A stretch of DNA of 15,933 bases from an uncultured Thermoplasmatales archaeon. Its GTDB lineage: Archaea; Thermoplasmatota; E2; UBA202; DSCA01. Below, one piece after another: positions 1 through 7,688 of this stretch (its first letter is position 1; every line of letters begins with the position of its first letter). Below the pieces are notes generated by a model that did no database searches, was not told where the DNA came from, and saw nothing but the letters and a program-made list of their open reading frames with translations. The stretch covers positions 1 to 15,933 of the forward strand of contig CAZESS010000029.1 of the NCBI GenBank assembly GCA_964514975.1, in the 5' to 3' direction. The position numbers and the translations under genes were made by a program.

Positions 1-2430
1 CCAGCCTGATGCCATCCCAGTTGTTGTTGCTGGCATTTGTGTTGGTGACGGTGCAGCCGCTGGAAGAATCCAGCCTGATGCCATCCCAGTTGTTGTTGCT
101 GGCATTTGTGTTGGTGACGGTGCAACTGCTGGAAGAATCCAGCCTGATGCCATCCCAGTTGTTGTTGCTGGCATTTGTGTTGGTGACGGTGCAGCCGCTG
201 GAAGAATCCAGCCAGATGCCAATGTTGTTGTTGCTGGCGGTGGTGTTGGTGACGGTGCAGCTGTTGGAAAAATGCAGCCAGATGCCAATGTTGTTGTTGC
301 TGGCGGTGGTTTGGGTGATGGTGCAGCTGCTGGAAGACTCCAGCCAGATGCCAATGTTGTTGTTGCTGGCGGTGGTTTGGGTGATGGTGCAGCCGCTGGA
401 AGAATGCAGCCAGATGCCCCAGTGGTTGTTGCTGGCGGTGGTGTTGGTGACGGTGCAGCTGCTGGAAGGAGACAGCTCGATGCCATACCAATTGTTGTTG
501 CTGGCGGTGGTGTTGGTGACGGTGCAACTGCTGGAAGAATCCAGCCTGATGCCATCCCAGTTGTTGCTGGCGGTAACATTGGAGACGGTGCAGTAACTGG
601 AATCACCTAGGTGAATGCCATACAAGTTGTTGTTGCTGGCGGTGGTGTTGGTGATGGTGCAGCTGCTGGAAGAATGCAGCCAGATGCCCCAGTGGTTGTT
701 GCTGGCATTTGTGTTGGTGACGGTGCAGCTGCTGGAAGAAAACAGCTCGATGCCATACAAGTTGTTGTTGCTGGCGGTGGTGTTGGTGATGGTGCAGCTG
801 CTGGAAGAAGACAGGTAGATGCCGCAGGTGTTGTTGCTGGCATTTGTGTTGGTGATGGTACAATTGCTGGAAGAAGACAGGTAGATGCCGCAGGTGTTAT
901 TGCTGGCATTTGTGTTGGTGATGGTACAATTGCTGGAAGAATCCAGCCTGACGCCATAGGTGTTGTTGCTGGCATTTGTGTTGGTGATGGTACAATTGCT
1001 GGAAGAATCCAGCCTGACGCCATCATAGCTGTTGTTGCTGGCATTTGTGTTGGTGACGGTGCAGCTGGATGAGAAGCCCGCCGCTACTCCCACGGTTGTG
1101 TTACACACGTTCTGGTTTTCCACCATGACATCGGTGCAGTTAGCAAGGATAACCTGCCCCGCTCCCTCTGGGACGGTGCCGCCATCCCTGTTTTTCCAGT
1201 AATAGACTGGCTTGCCGTTGACGGTGTTGGACGTGTCGATGGTATGAGTGTTCCAGTGTTCAACAGCATCGCCCAACATCGTTATCCCGTCGTCTACCAT
1301 GGTTGTGTTGGTGACGGTGCAGCTGTTGGAAAAATGCAGCCTGATGCCCCAGTTGTTGTTGCTGGCGGTGGTGTTGGTAACGGTGCAGCTGCTGGAAGAA
1401 AACAGATAGATGCCAGCGTGGTTGTTGCTGGCGGTGGTGTTGGTAACGGTGCAGCTGCTGGAAGAATCCAGCCAGATGCCATACTCGTTGTTGTTGCTGG
1501 CGGTGGTGTTGGTGACGGTGCAGCTGCTGGAATAATGCAGCCAGATGCCAATGTTGTTGTTGCTGGCGGTGGTGTTGGTGACGGTGCAGCTGCTGGAATA
1601 ATCCAGCCAGATGCCAATGTTGTTGTTGCTGGCGGTGGTTTGGGTGATGGTGCAATTGCTGGAAGAATCCAGCCAGATGCCAATGTTGTTGTTGCTGGCG
1701 GTGGTGTTGGTGACGGTGCAGCTGCTGGAATAATCCAGCCAGATGCCAATGTTGTTGTTGCTGGCGGTGGTTTGGGTGATGGTGCAATTGCTGGAAGAAT
1801 CCAGCCAGATGCCAATGTTGTTGTTGCTGGCGGTGGTGTTGGTGACGGTGCAGCCGCTGGAAGAAGACAGGTAGATGCCGCAGGTGTTGTTGCTGGCATT
1901 TGTGTTGGTGACGGTGCAGTTGTATGAGAAGCCCGCCGCTACTCCCACGGTTGTGTTGCACAGGTTCTGGTTTTCCACCATAACATTGGTGCAGTTCGCA
2001 AGGATGACCTCTCCCACTTCCGCCGGTACGGTGCCACCATTCACGTTCTTCCAGTAGTAGACAGGCTTGCCGTTGACGGTGTTAGACGTGTCGATGCTAT
2101 GGGTGTTCCAGTGTTCAACAGTATTGCCCCCAATCATTATCCCGTCGTCTACCATGGTTGTGTTGGTGATGGTGCAGTTGCTGGAAGATTGCAGCCTGAT
2201 GCCATTGTGGTCGTTGTTGCTGGCGTTTATGTTGGTGACGGTGCAACTGCTGGAAGAATCCAGCCTGACGCCATAGGTGTTGTTGCTGGCATTTGTGTTG
2301 GTGATGGTACAATTGCTGGAAGAATCCAGCCTGACGCCATAGGTGTTGTTGCTGGCATTTGTGTTGGTGATGGTACAGTTGCTGGAAGAAGACAGCTCTA
2401 TGCCCTCGTAGTTGTTGCTGGCGGTGACGT
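1..2430 (-). repeat. Coding tandem repeats of 66/69 bp (22-23 aa) in three arrays: ~1-1096 (>=16 units), ~1300-1951 (~10 units), ~2156-2430 (~4 units)
   Basis: Recurring + strand unit gttgttgttgctggc(ggtg/attt)gtgttggtgacggtgcagctgctggaagaatccagcc... Includes an exact 132-bp tandem duplication (1553-1684 = 1685-1816). Confidence 0.95.
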
Positions 2431-2893
2431 TTTCAATACGACAATGCTGGACACCATCAAACTCTATCCCAGCATCCCAATAGCCTGACCCGCTGTTCTG
2501 CACCGTGAATCCAGAGATATTCACCCAATCAGCATTTGTGCTGACAACGTCTCCGCCTCCACCCCCATCAATAATCGTCCCTTTTCTATCTTCACCAATT
2601 AAATCAATGGTCTTATTGACAACTACATTCTCATAATATGTGCCATTGAACACATACACTGTGTCTCCTACCGTCGCATTGTTTATTCCCTCCTGAATGG
2701 TATGGACATGGGTTGCATCGTACCAGCCGGGGTCGGCGTCGTCATCCACATAGACATCAGCGGAGAGCGTTCCGCCTCCTGCTGCCTCTGCCTCCATTGC
2801 TCCTAGTCCGTTTTCCATTCCAAATACGATAAATGATGCCGCTGCTATGCTGACTGTCACCATGATAATCATGGCTAGTTTCTTCGTTCGCAT
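2..2893 (-). CDS. Large secreted NosD/CASH-type right-handed parallel beta-helix repeat surface protein (3'-partial, runs off the left edge)
   Basis: Manual translation from ATG 2893, with GGAGG SD upstream: MRTKKLAMIIMVTVSIAAASFIVFG (signal peptide-like)...VYVDDDADPGWYDATHVHTIQEGINNATVGDTVYVFNGTYYENVVVNKTIDLIGEDRKGTIIDGGGGG (typical beta-helix N-cap). About 30 units of GIxLxxSSxCTVTNTxASNN follow. The frame is consistent down to base 2. It is absent from the ORF track because it has no stop in the window. Confidence 0.93.
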   Translation of the reverse strand, partial: MRTKKLAMIIMVTVSIAAASFIVFGMENGLGAMEAEAAGGGTLSADVYVDDDADPGWYDATHVHTIQEGINNATVGDTVYVFNGTYYENVVVNKTIDLIGEDRKGTIIDGGGGGDVVSTNADWVNISGFTVQNSGSGYWDAGIEFDGVQHCRIENVTASNNYEGIELSSSSNCTITNTNASNNTYGVRLDSSSNCTITNTNASNNTYGVRLDSSSSCTVTNINASNNDHNGIRLQSSSNCTITNTTMVDDGIMIGGNTVEHWNTHSIDTSNTVNGKPVYYWKNVNGGTVPAEVGEVILANCTNVMVENQNLCNTTVGVAAGFSYNCTVTNTNASNNTCGIYLSSSSGCTVTNTTASNNNIGIWLDSSSNCTITQTTASNNNIGIWLDYSSSCTVTNTTASNNNIGIWLDSSSNCTITQTTASNNNIGIWLDYSSSCTVTNTTASNNNIGIWLHYSSSCTVTNTTASNNNEYGIWLDSSSSCTVTNTTASNNHAGIYLFSSSSCTVTNTTASNNNWGIRLHFSNSCTVTNTTMVDDGITMLGDAVEHWNTHTIDTSNTVNGKPVYYWKNRDGGTVPEGAGQVILANCTDVMVENQNVCNTTVGVAAGFSSSCTVTNTNASNNSYDGVRLDSSSNCTITNTNASNNTYGVRLDSSSNCTITNTNASNNTCGIYLSSSSNCTITNTNASNNTCGIYLSSSSSCTITNTTASNNNLYGIELFSSSSCTVTNTNASNNHWGIWLHSSSSCTITNTTASNNNLYGIHLGDSSYCTVSNVTASNNWDGIRLDSSSSCTVTNTTASNNNWYGIELSPSSSCTVTNTTASNNHWGIWLHSSSGCTITQTTASNNNIGIWLESSSSCTITQTTASNNNIGIWLHFSNSCTVTNTTASNNNIGIWLDSSSGCTVTNTNASNNNWDGIRLDSSSSCTVTNTNASNNNWDGIRLDSSSGCTVTNTNASNNNWDGIRL
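1071..2165 (-). repeat. Two diverged ~240-bp blocks (~1071-1310 and ~1926-2165, offset 855 bp) separating the repeat arrays
   Basis: Both encode TMVDDGI..G..VEHWNTH.IDTSNTVNGKPVYYWKN..GGTVP...G.VILANCT.VMVENQN.CNTTVGVAAGFS. Confidence 0.92.
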
Positions 2894-2908
2894 GTTTTGC
2901 CTCCGCTA

Positions 2909-2937
2909 CATGTAACTACTGTATCCTTAAAAAAGTA
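2909..2937 (-). promoter_or_regulatory. Promoter/operator of the beta-helix gene (motif shared with the abrB-like gene)
   Basis: Minus strand TACTTTTTTAAGGATACAGTAGTTACATG, ending 15 nt before ATG 2893. It includes a TATA-like TTTTAAG. Confidence 0.55.
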
Positions 2938-3182
2938 GGGGAAAAGTGGCATATAGTAGTTTCATTGTGGGTGCGTTATCTACATACTTGTCCAAGCTGT
3001 TACCCAAGTTGCTGCCTACCTGCTGAATGGTTCAGAAACGAATTTCTTTTTTTTGATTTCAAAAAATCTGAAAAAATATTGGGTTTTGAAGCCTTCAATC
3101 AAAAAACGCTCTATATCTGTTATTCTTGGTTTTATACCAATAAAAACAAGGGATTTTTACAGGATAAAACTGTCTTCCAGCG

Positions 3183-3203
3183 TCAAAAAAAATTAATTTT
3201 TGA
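3183..3203 (-). terminator. Putative oligo-T terminator after the abrB-like gene
   Basis: Minus strand TCAAAAATTAATTTTTTTTGA directly after the stop. Archaeal terminators are oligo-T tracts. Confidence 0.45.
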
Positions 3204-3204
3204 T

Positions 3205-3360
3205 TCAATCGTTGGTCTTCTTTATCTTGAATTCGCCGGTTCCAATTGGCTCAAACTCTAAATAGTCGCCTTCGTTTATATCGTGGAGTTGAGCGATTTG
3301 CGATGGAATGGTGACAGCAATGCTTTCGCCGGTCTGCCTGACTTTGCGTTTGATTCCCAT
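3205..3360 (-). CDS. AbrB/MazE/SpoVT-family DNA-binding protein, 51 aa
   Basis: Manual translation: MGIKRKVRQTGESIAVTIPSQIAQLHDINEGDYLEFEPIGTGEFKIKKTND*. It matches the swapped-hairpin pattern KV...G.S..VTIP..IA....I..GD.LEF. AGGTG SD upstream and a T-rich tract downstream. Too short for the ORF track. Confidence 0.88.
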   Translation of the reverse strand: MGIKRKVRQTGESIAVTIPSQIAQLHDINEGDYLEFEPIGTGEFKIKKTND

Positions 3361-3375
3361 GATTATACACCTGCT

Positions 3376-3401
3376 CATGTAACTGTATACTTATTTAAGT
3401 A
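3376..3401 (-). promoter_or_regulatory. Promoter/operator of the abrB-like gene
   Basis: Minus strand TACTTAAATAAGTATACAGTTACATG, ending 15 nt before ATG 3360. TATA-like TTAAATAA. Confidence 0.55.
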
Positions 3402-3454
3402 AATTGTCTTTCTTTATAGAGTAAACTATATCGGCTTCTGCACTTCATTGATAG

Positions 3455-3526
3455 AGCCGGCGGAGGGATTTGAACCCTCGATCTTCTGATTACGAGTCAG
3501 ACGCTCTACCGCTGAGCTACGCCGGC
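3455..3526 (-). tRNA. tRNA-Thr(CGT), intronless, no encoded CCA
   Basis: GCCGGCG-TA-GCTC-AGCGGTA-GAGC-G-TCTGA-CTCGTAA-TCAGA-AGATC-GAGGG-TTCAAAT-CCCTC-CGCCGGC-T folds as a cloverleaf. Anticodon CGT, discriminator U. Confidence 0.97.
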
Positions 3527-4038
3527 TACACGGGCTCATATGCTTCCGCGAACATCCGGTAATGGCCGGAGCCCCGCACCTTCACGGTGAGGCTCCAGTT
3601 CCCCACTGCGGGATGAGGGAAATAGAAAAACTCATTATATGTGTTGTCCTTCCCCAGCACGTGGTAGTCGCAGGTTATGTTCTCGCCGGAGGGCCTGGTG
3701 ATGGTGATGTTCGCGTATCCGGTGGTCAGGCATTCCCAGTCCTTGTTGATGACATTGGAAAAGTTGATGTTGACATAGAGATGCAAAAACAGTGCATCCC
3801 GTTTGAGCGGGCGGAGCGGATAGGTCTCAACCTTTGCAGCCTGCTCGTTGATGGTGTCGATGACCTTGAAATCCTCGCTGCCGTCCAGCTTTTCGTTCCA
3901 CCGGTATTCGTCCTCGGTTTCCAGCCGCTCCAGCACCCGTTGTGCCACCTCCTGCGGACCGATACAGCCGGACAGCGCGGGTAGCAGTGCGATGGCGGCG
4001 ATGAGACAGATGACGATGCCCCTGTGGGTGACCCGCAT
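3526..4038 (-). CDS. Hypothetical secreted lipoprotein-like protein
   Basis: Basic N-terminus, a hydrophobic stretch and lipobox-like LSGC; beta-rich C-terminus. TATA-like TTTAATAA at 4068-4061, at leaderless spacing. Confidence 0.8.
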   Translation of the reverse strand: MRVTHRGIVICLIAAIALLPALSGCIGPQEVAQRVLERLETEDEYRWNEKLDGSEDFKVIDTINEQAAKVETYPLRPLKRDALFLHLYVNINFSNVINKDWECLTTGYANITITRPSGENITCDYHVLGKDNTYNEFFYFPHPAVGNWSLTVKVRGSGHYRMFAEAYEPV

Positions 4039-4086
4039 GGGATGAGAAGCCGCTCGGAATTTATTAAAGTTGCGATGCGCTGCTGG

Positions 4087-4587
4087 TTAATAGGCGATGA
4101 CCGCTCGGACGCCGGTGCAGGAGCGGATTGCCTCGATGATGTCTCCTGAGAGCGGCGTCTCGGTGACGATGAAGAGGCATGGCTCCTCGGTAAGCTGGTA
4201 GTCGTCGACGATGGATTGACGGATGCTGATGTCATTGTCGGCGATGATGCCGGCGACGGCTGCGAGGATGCCCGGCTGGCGTGCATCGACGGGTATGATC
4301 TCGACGACGCCCCAGCCCATGTGTGGCGCCACCTCTTTCAGGTGGCTTGTTGGCTGCAGGTTGGCAAAGACGGGCTGCAGTTGGTCGTGCTCCATGATGG
4401 TTTCGACGGTGCTGGTGACCGCCCGGCGGTCAACGCCGACGGCCCGTGCCACCTTTGCATGGGACAGCTCTATGGAGCCGCAAAAGAGTCCGTCGTCCCG
4501 GACGCGGAGGCCGTATCGGAGGAGGAGCTCGGCCACCTTTCGCTGCGCCGGGTATTGCCGGAAGAAGGTGTATATCTGCTGCCACAT
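4087..4587 (-). CDS. HTH + ACT-domain regulator of amino acid metabolism (COG2150-type, TrpY-like)
   Basis: MW..I...F..YPAQ.KVA..LL.YGLRV N-terminus, HTH-like AKVARAVGVDRRAV and ACT domain PGILAAVAGIIADNDISIRQ. Divergent from trpB2. Confidence 0.88.
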   Translation of the reverse strand: MWQQIYTFFRQYPAQRKVAELLLRYGLRVRDDGLFCGSIELSHAKVARAVGVDRRAVTSTVETIMEHDQLQPVFANLQPTSHLKEVAPHMGWGVVEIIPVDARQPGILAAVAGIIADNDISIRQSIVDDYQLTEEPCLFIVTETPLSGDIIEAIRSCTGVRAVIAY

Positions 4588-4607
4588 GTCTCCACATTGA
4601 AATAGCC

Positions 4608-4690
4608 AATATAAAGCATCGTATTACAAAAATAATCTTTATAGTAAAATTTTATACTTAAAAGTATTATTTTGTACAAAATTTTATATA
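4608..4690. promoter_or_regulatory. Divergent promoters with TRP-box-like operator(s)
   Basis: TATA TTTATATA at 4683-4690 for trpB2 and TTTATATT at 4615-4608 (minus) for the regulator. Perfect palindrome ATTTTGTACAAAAT at 4669-4682, centred on TGTACA. Confidence 0.7.
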
Positions 4691-4712
4691 CTCTCCTGCA
4701 ATTACGGCAGCC

Positions 4713-6071
4713 ATGGAACCGACAAAAACACTCCTCGACGAAAACGAACTGCCGCGGCAATGGTACAACATACAGGCCGACCTGCCACAGCCACTCGACG
4801 GCGTCATGCACCCAGCCACCAAGGAGCCGGTTACGCCCGACGACCTCACCCTGCTCTTCCCAAAAGAGCTGATACGACAGGAAATGACCGACGAGCGATA
4901 CATCGACATACCCGACGAAGTCAGAGACATCTACCGCATCTGGCGGCCGACACCACTCTATCGGGCACGGCGCCTCGAAAAACACCTCAAAACCCCGGCA
5001 AAGATATACTACAAATGGGAGGGAACATCGCCCCCCGGTTCACACAAACCCAACACGGCCGTCGCCCAGGCCTACTACAACCAGCAGGAAGGCATCGAAC
5101 GGCTGGCCACCGAAACCGGCGCCGGCCAATGGGGGTCAGCCCTCGCCTTCGCCACCGCCTTCTTCGAGCTTAAATGCTCCGTCTACATGGTCCGGGTCAG
5201 CTACGAACAAAAACCATACCGGAAGAGCCTCATGCGGATATGGGGGGCGACCTGTCTGCCGAGCCCCAACGACACCACTGAGGCAGGCCGCAGCATCCTC
5301 CAAAAAGACCCCGACACCTCAGGCAGCCTTGGCATCGCCATATCCGAGGCGGTCGAAGACGCCGCAACGCACGACGACACCCATTACTCGCTCGGGTCGG
5401 TGCTCAACCACGTCTGCCTCCACCAGAGCATCATCGGGCTCGAGGCACAAAAACAGTTCGAAAAAATAAACGACTATCCGGATGTAGTGCTCGGCTGTAC
5501 CGGTGGCGGGTCAAACTTCGCCGGCGCCGCGTTTCCCTTCGCCGGCGCCAAGCTCCGCGGCGAGCATTCAGATACGCGTATCGTCTCCTGCGAACCCACC
5601 GCCTGCCCGACACTGACCAAGGGACTCTACGCCTACGACTACGGCGACGCGGCAGGCCTCACACCTATCATGAAGATGCATACGCTTGGCCACGACTACG
5701 TTCCCCCACCAATACACGCCGGCGGGCTGCGCTACCACGGCGACTCACCTATCCTCTGCCGGCTGACCCGAGACGGCGTGATGAACGCGGCAGCCTTCCA
5801 CCAGAACGAGGTGTTCAAAGCCGCGCAGACATTCGCCCAAACCGAGGGATTCGTCGTTGCTCCAGAGGCGGCGCATGCAGTCAAAGCCGCCATCGACAAA
5901 GCACTGCAATGCAAGCAAACGGGCGAAGAAAAAACCATCTTCTTCAACAACTCCGGACACGGTCACTTCGACCTCGCCTCATACGACGCCTACCTCGACG
6001 GCAACCTCGAGGACTACGAATACCCAGCTGAGCTCGTCCGCCAGGCGATAGCGACACTCCCCCTGCAATGA
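4713..6071 (+). CDS. trpB2: Tryptophan synthase beta chain type 2 (TrpB-like PLP enzyme)
   Basis: [10 protein letters not shown]-terminus, [11 protein letters not shown]-lysine motif, [33 protein letters not shown]; 452 aa. Confidence 0.96.
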   Translation: MEPTKTLLDENELPRQWYNIQADLPQPLDGVMHPATKEPVTPDDLTLLFPKELIRQEMTDERYIDIPDEVRDIYRIWRPTPLYRARRLEKHLKTPAKIYYKWEGTSPPGSHKPNTAVAQAYYNQQEGIERLATETGAGQWGSALAFATAFFELKCSVYMVRVSYEQKPYRKSLMRIWGATCLPSPNDTTEAGRSILQKDPDTSGSLGIAISEAVEDAATHDDTHYSLGSVLNHVCLHQSIIGLEAQKQFEKINDYPDVVLGCTGGGSNFAGAAFPFAGAKLRGEHSDTRIVSCEPTACPTLTKGLYAYDYGDAAGLTPIMKMHTLGHDYVPPPIHAGGLRYHGDSPILCRLTRDGVMNAAAFHQNEVFKAAQTFAQTEGFVVAPEAAHAVKAAIDKALQCKQTGEEKTIFFNNSGHGHFDLASYDAYLDGNLEDYEYPAELVRQAIATLPLQ

Positions 6072-7150
6072 CAGCTATCGGCTTCCTCGTCAACCCCATC
6101 GCTGGCATGGGCGGCCGCGTCGGCCTCAAGGGCACCGACGACGTCGTCGACGAAGCACGACGACGGGGCGCCACACCGATCGCACCGGAACGCGCCCGCC
6201 AAGCCATGAAGGACATCCAGGCCCACGTGTTCACCTGCACGGGCAGGATGGGCGCCGCCTGCCTCACTCAAGAGGCAGAGGTGGTCTACAGCCCGACCGC
6301 GAAGACAACGGCGGCCGACACCCGCAAAGCATGCAGACGATTCATCGACGAAGGCGCCGATGCCATCATATTCTGCGGCGGCGACGGCACCGCCCGCGAC
6401 GTCCACAGCACAGTCGGCCAGCAGATACCCATCCTCGGCATTCCCGCCGGCGTCAAGATGTACTCAGCAGTGTTCGCGCTCACCCCGACAGCAGCAGGCG
6501 ACGTCATCCGTCGGTTCCTCAACGGTCAGGCCGCCATAGCCGAGCGGGAAATCATGGACATCGACGAAAAGAACGTCCGGGCTGGCCGGATGACCATCCA
6601 GCGCTACGGCATCGCACGCACGCTCACCGTGCCGGCGCTCGTCCAGCGAGGGAAACAGCTGCACCACGTCCATAACGAGGCAGCAAGCAAGCAGCAGATT
6701 GCCTCCTTTCTCTTGCTGGTCCTCCGGCGCGGCACATGCATCCTCGGCGGCGGCAGCACCACCGCAGCCATCGCCAGCGCACTGAACGTGCAGGGAAGCA
6801 TGCTGGGCGTCGACGTCGTCACCGACGGTCGGCTCGTGGCAGCCGACGCAGGCGAAGCGGACATCCTGACGGTGCTCGACGGCAGACCTACAAAAATAGT
6901 GGTCAGCCCCATCGGCCGACAGGGCTGCATCCTCGGCCGCGGCAACCAGCAGATAAGCCCCCGGGTCATCAAAAAAATCGGCGTGGGGAACATCATCGTG
7001 GCCGCCACGCCGCACAAGCTCGCAGAGACACCGACGCTGTTCGTGGACACCGGCGATGCAGCACTCGACGAGATGCTTGCCGGTCCCCGACAGGTCATCA
7101 CGGGCTACGCGCTGGCGCAGCGACGGCAGGTGCGAGCAGTAGCGACTTGA
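6068..7150 (+). CDS. ATP-NAD kinase family protein (COG3199-type)
   Basis: [53 protein letters not shown] overlap with trpB2. Confidence 0.9.
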   Translation: MTAIGFLVNPIAGMGGRVGLKGTDDVVDEARRRGATPIAPERARQAMKDIQAHVFTCTGRMGAACLTQEAEVVYSPTAKTTAADTRKACRRFIDEGADAIIFCGGDGTARDVHSTVGQQIPILGIPAGVKMYSAVFALTPTAAGDVIRRFLNGQAAIAEREIMDIDEKNVRAGRMTIQRYGIARTLTVPALVQRGKQLHHVHNEAASKQQIASFLLLVLRRGTCILGGGSTTAAIASALNVQGSMLGVDVVTDGRLVAADAGEADILTVLDGRPTKIVVSPIGRQGCILGRGNQQISPRVIKKIGVGNIIVAATPHKLAETPTLFVDTGDAALDEMLAGPRQVITGYALAQRRQVRAVAT

Positions 7151-7688
7151 TGAAATCCGGGCGATGAAAGGTGTCCACAACCCGGAATCCATGTGGGACG
7201 AACTCCTTTCGTCCATACAGGCGGTCCATGAAATCCCAGGGTTTCCGCGCGACGACATGTGCATCCGGGTGCATGCCGTCATGGATGGCGGCCAGGATGG
7301 CCTTGCGGGGCTCCACGCCGAGCGACAGGACAATCAGGTCAAAGCCGCCATACTCCATGGCGAGAGCGTCACGCTCCTGTATAGTGACCTGCTTCTCGAG
7401 GTCGTATCTCCGGGTCATCTCCCGCGCGCTGGCAACCGCCCCGGCATCCCGGTCGATACCCAGGTAGGATGCCCTCGTCGCTTTCGCCAAAATGAGCAGG
7501 GTGTTTGGGACGCTTCCGCAGCCGACATGGAGGACGCGGTGCCCGGGCTGAATTGTGGCCATCTGGAATTCGCTGATGGTCATCTGCCTGAAAAAGGCGG
7601 TGTAAACGTCTCCGATGAACGTCGCTGCGATAGCCTTCTCAAGCGTGCGGAGCGCGACGTCGTGGAGGCTCTTGCTTTTCCGTGCCAT
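7098..7688 (-). CDS. Class I SAM-dependent enzyme, nicotianamine-synthase-like
   Basis: RVLHVGCGSVPNT (motif I), YLGID, QERDA, FDLIVLSLGVEPRKAIL. Start moved to ATG 7688 (MARKSK) because TTTTAAAT at ~7720-7713 is at leaderless promoter spacing. Confidence 0.78.
   Translation of the reverse strand: MARKSKSLHDVALRTLEKAIAATFIGDVYTAFFRQMTISEFQMATIQPGHRVLHVGCGSVPNTLLILAKATRASYLGIDRDAGAVASAREMTRRYDLEKQVTIQERDALAMEYGGFDLIVLSLGVEPRKAILAAIHDGMHPDAHVVARKPWDFMDRLYGRKEFVPHGFRVVDTFHRPDFIKSLLLAPAVAAPARSP

Noticed and set aside
1-2430. CRISPR array or DGR template/variable repeat interpretation
   Set aside because: Units are in-frame coding repeats without unique spacers, and no cas genes are present. There is no reverse transcriptase, the AAC runs are conserved rather than mutated, and variation is not confined to adenines.
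9-2488. Plus-strand and alternative-frame ORFs over the repeat region (e.g. 9-596, 611-1072, 1244-1927, 1260-1961, 1294-1899)
   Set aside because: They are shadows of in-frame 66/69-bp repeats. The real frame is the minus-strand beta-helix ORF with signal peptide, SD and promoter.
3031-3106. TTTTTTGA-TT-TCAAAAAA and nearby TTGA/TCAA palindromes
   Set aside because: Homopolymer-driven symmetry in AT-rich DNA, which cannot be distinguished from chance.
2965-3261. 98-aa plus-strand ORF
   Set aside because: AT-rich low-complexity sequence with a GTG start and no motifs. It overlaps the better-supported abrB-like gene in antisense.
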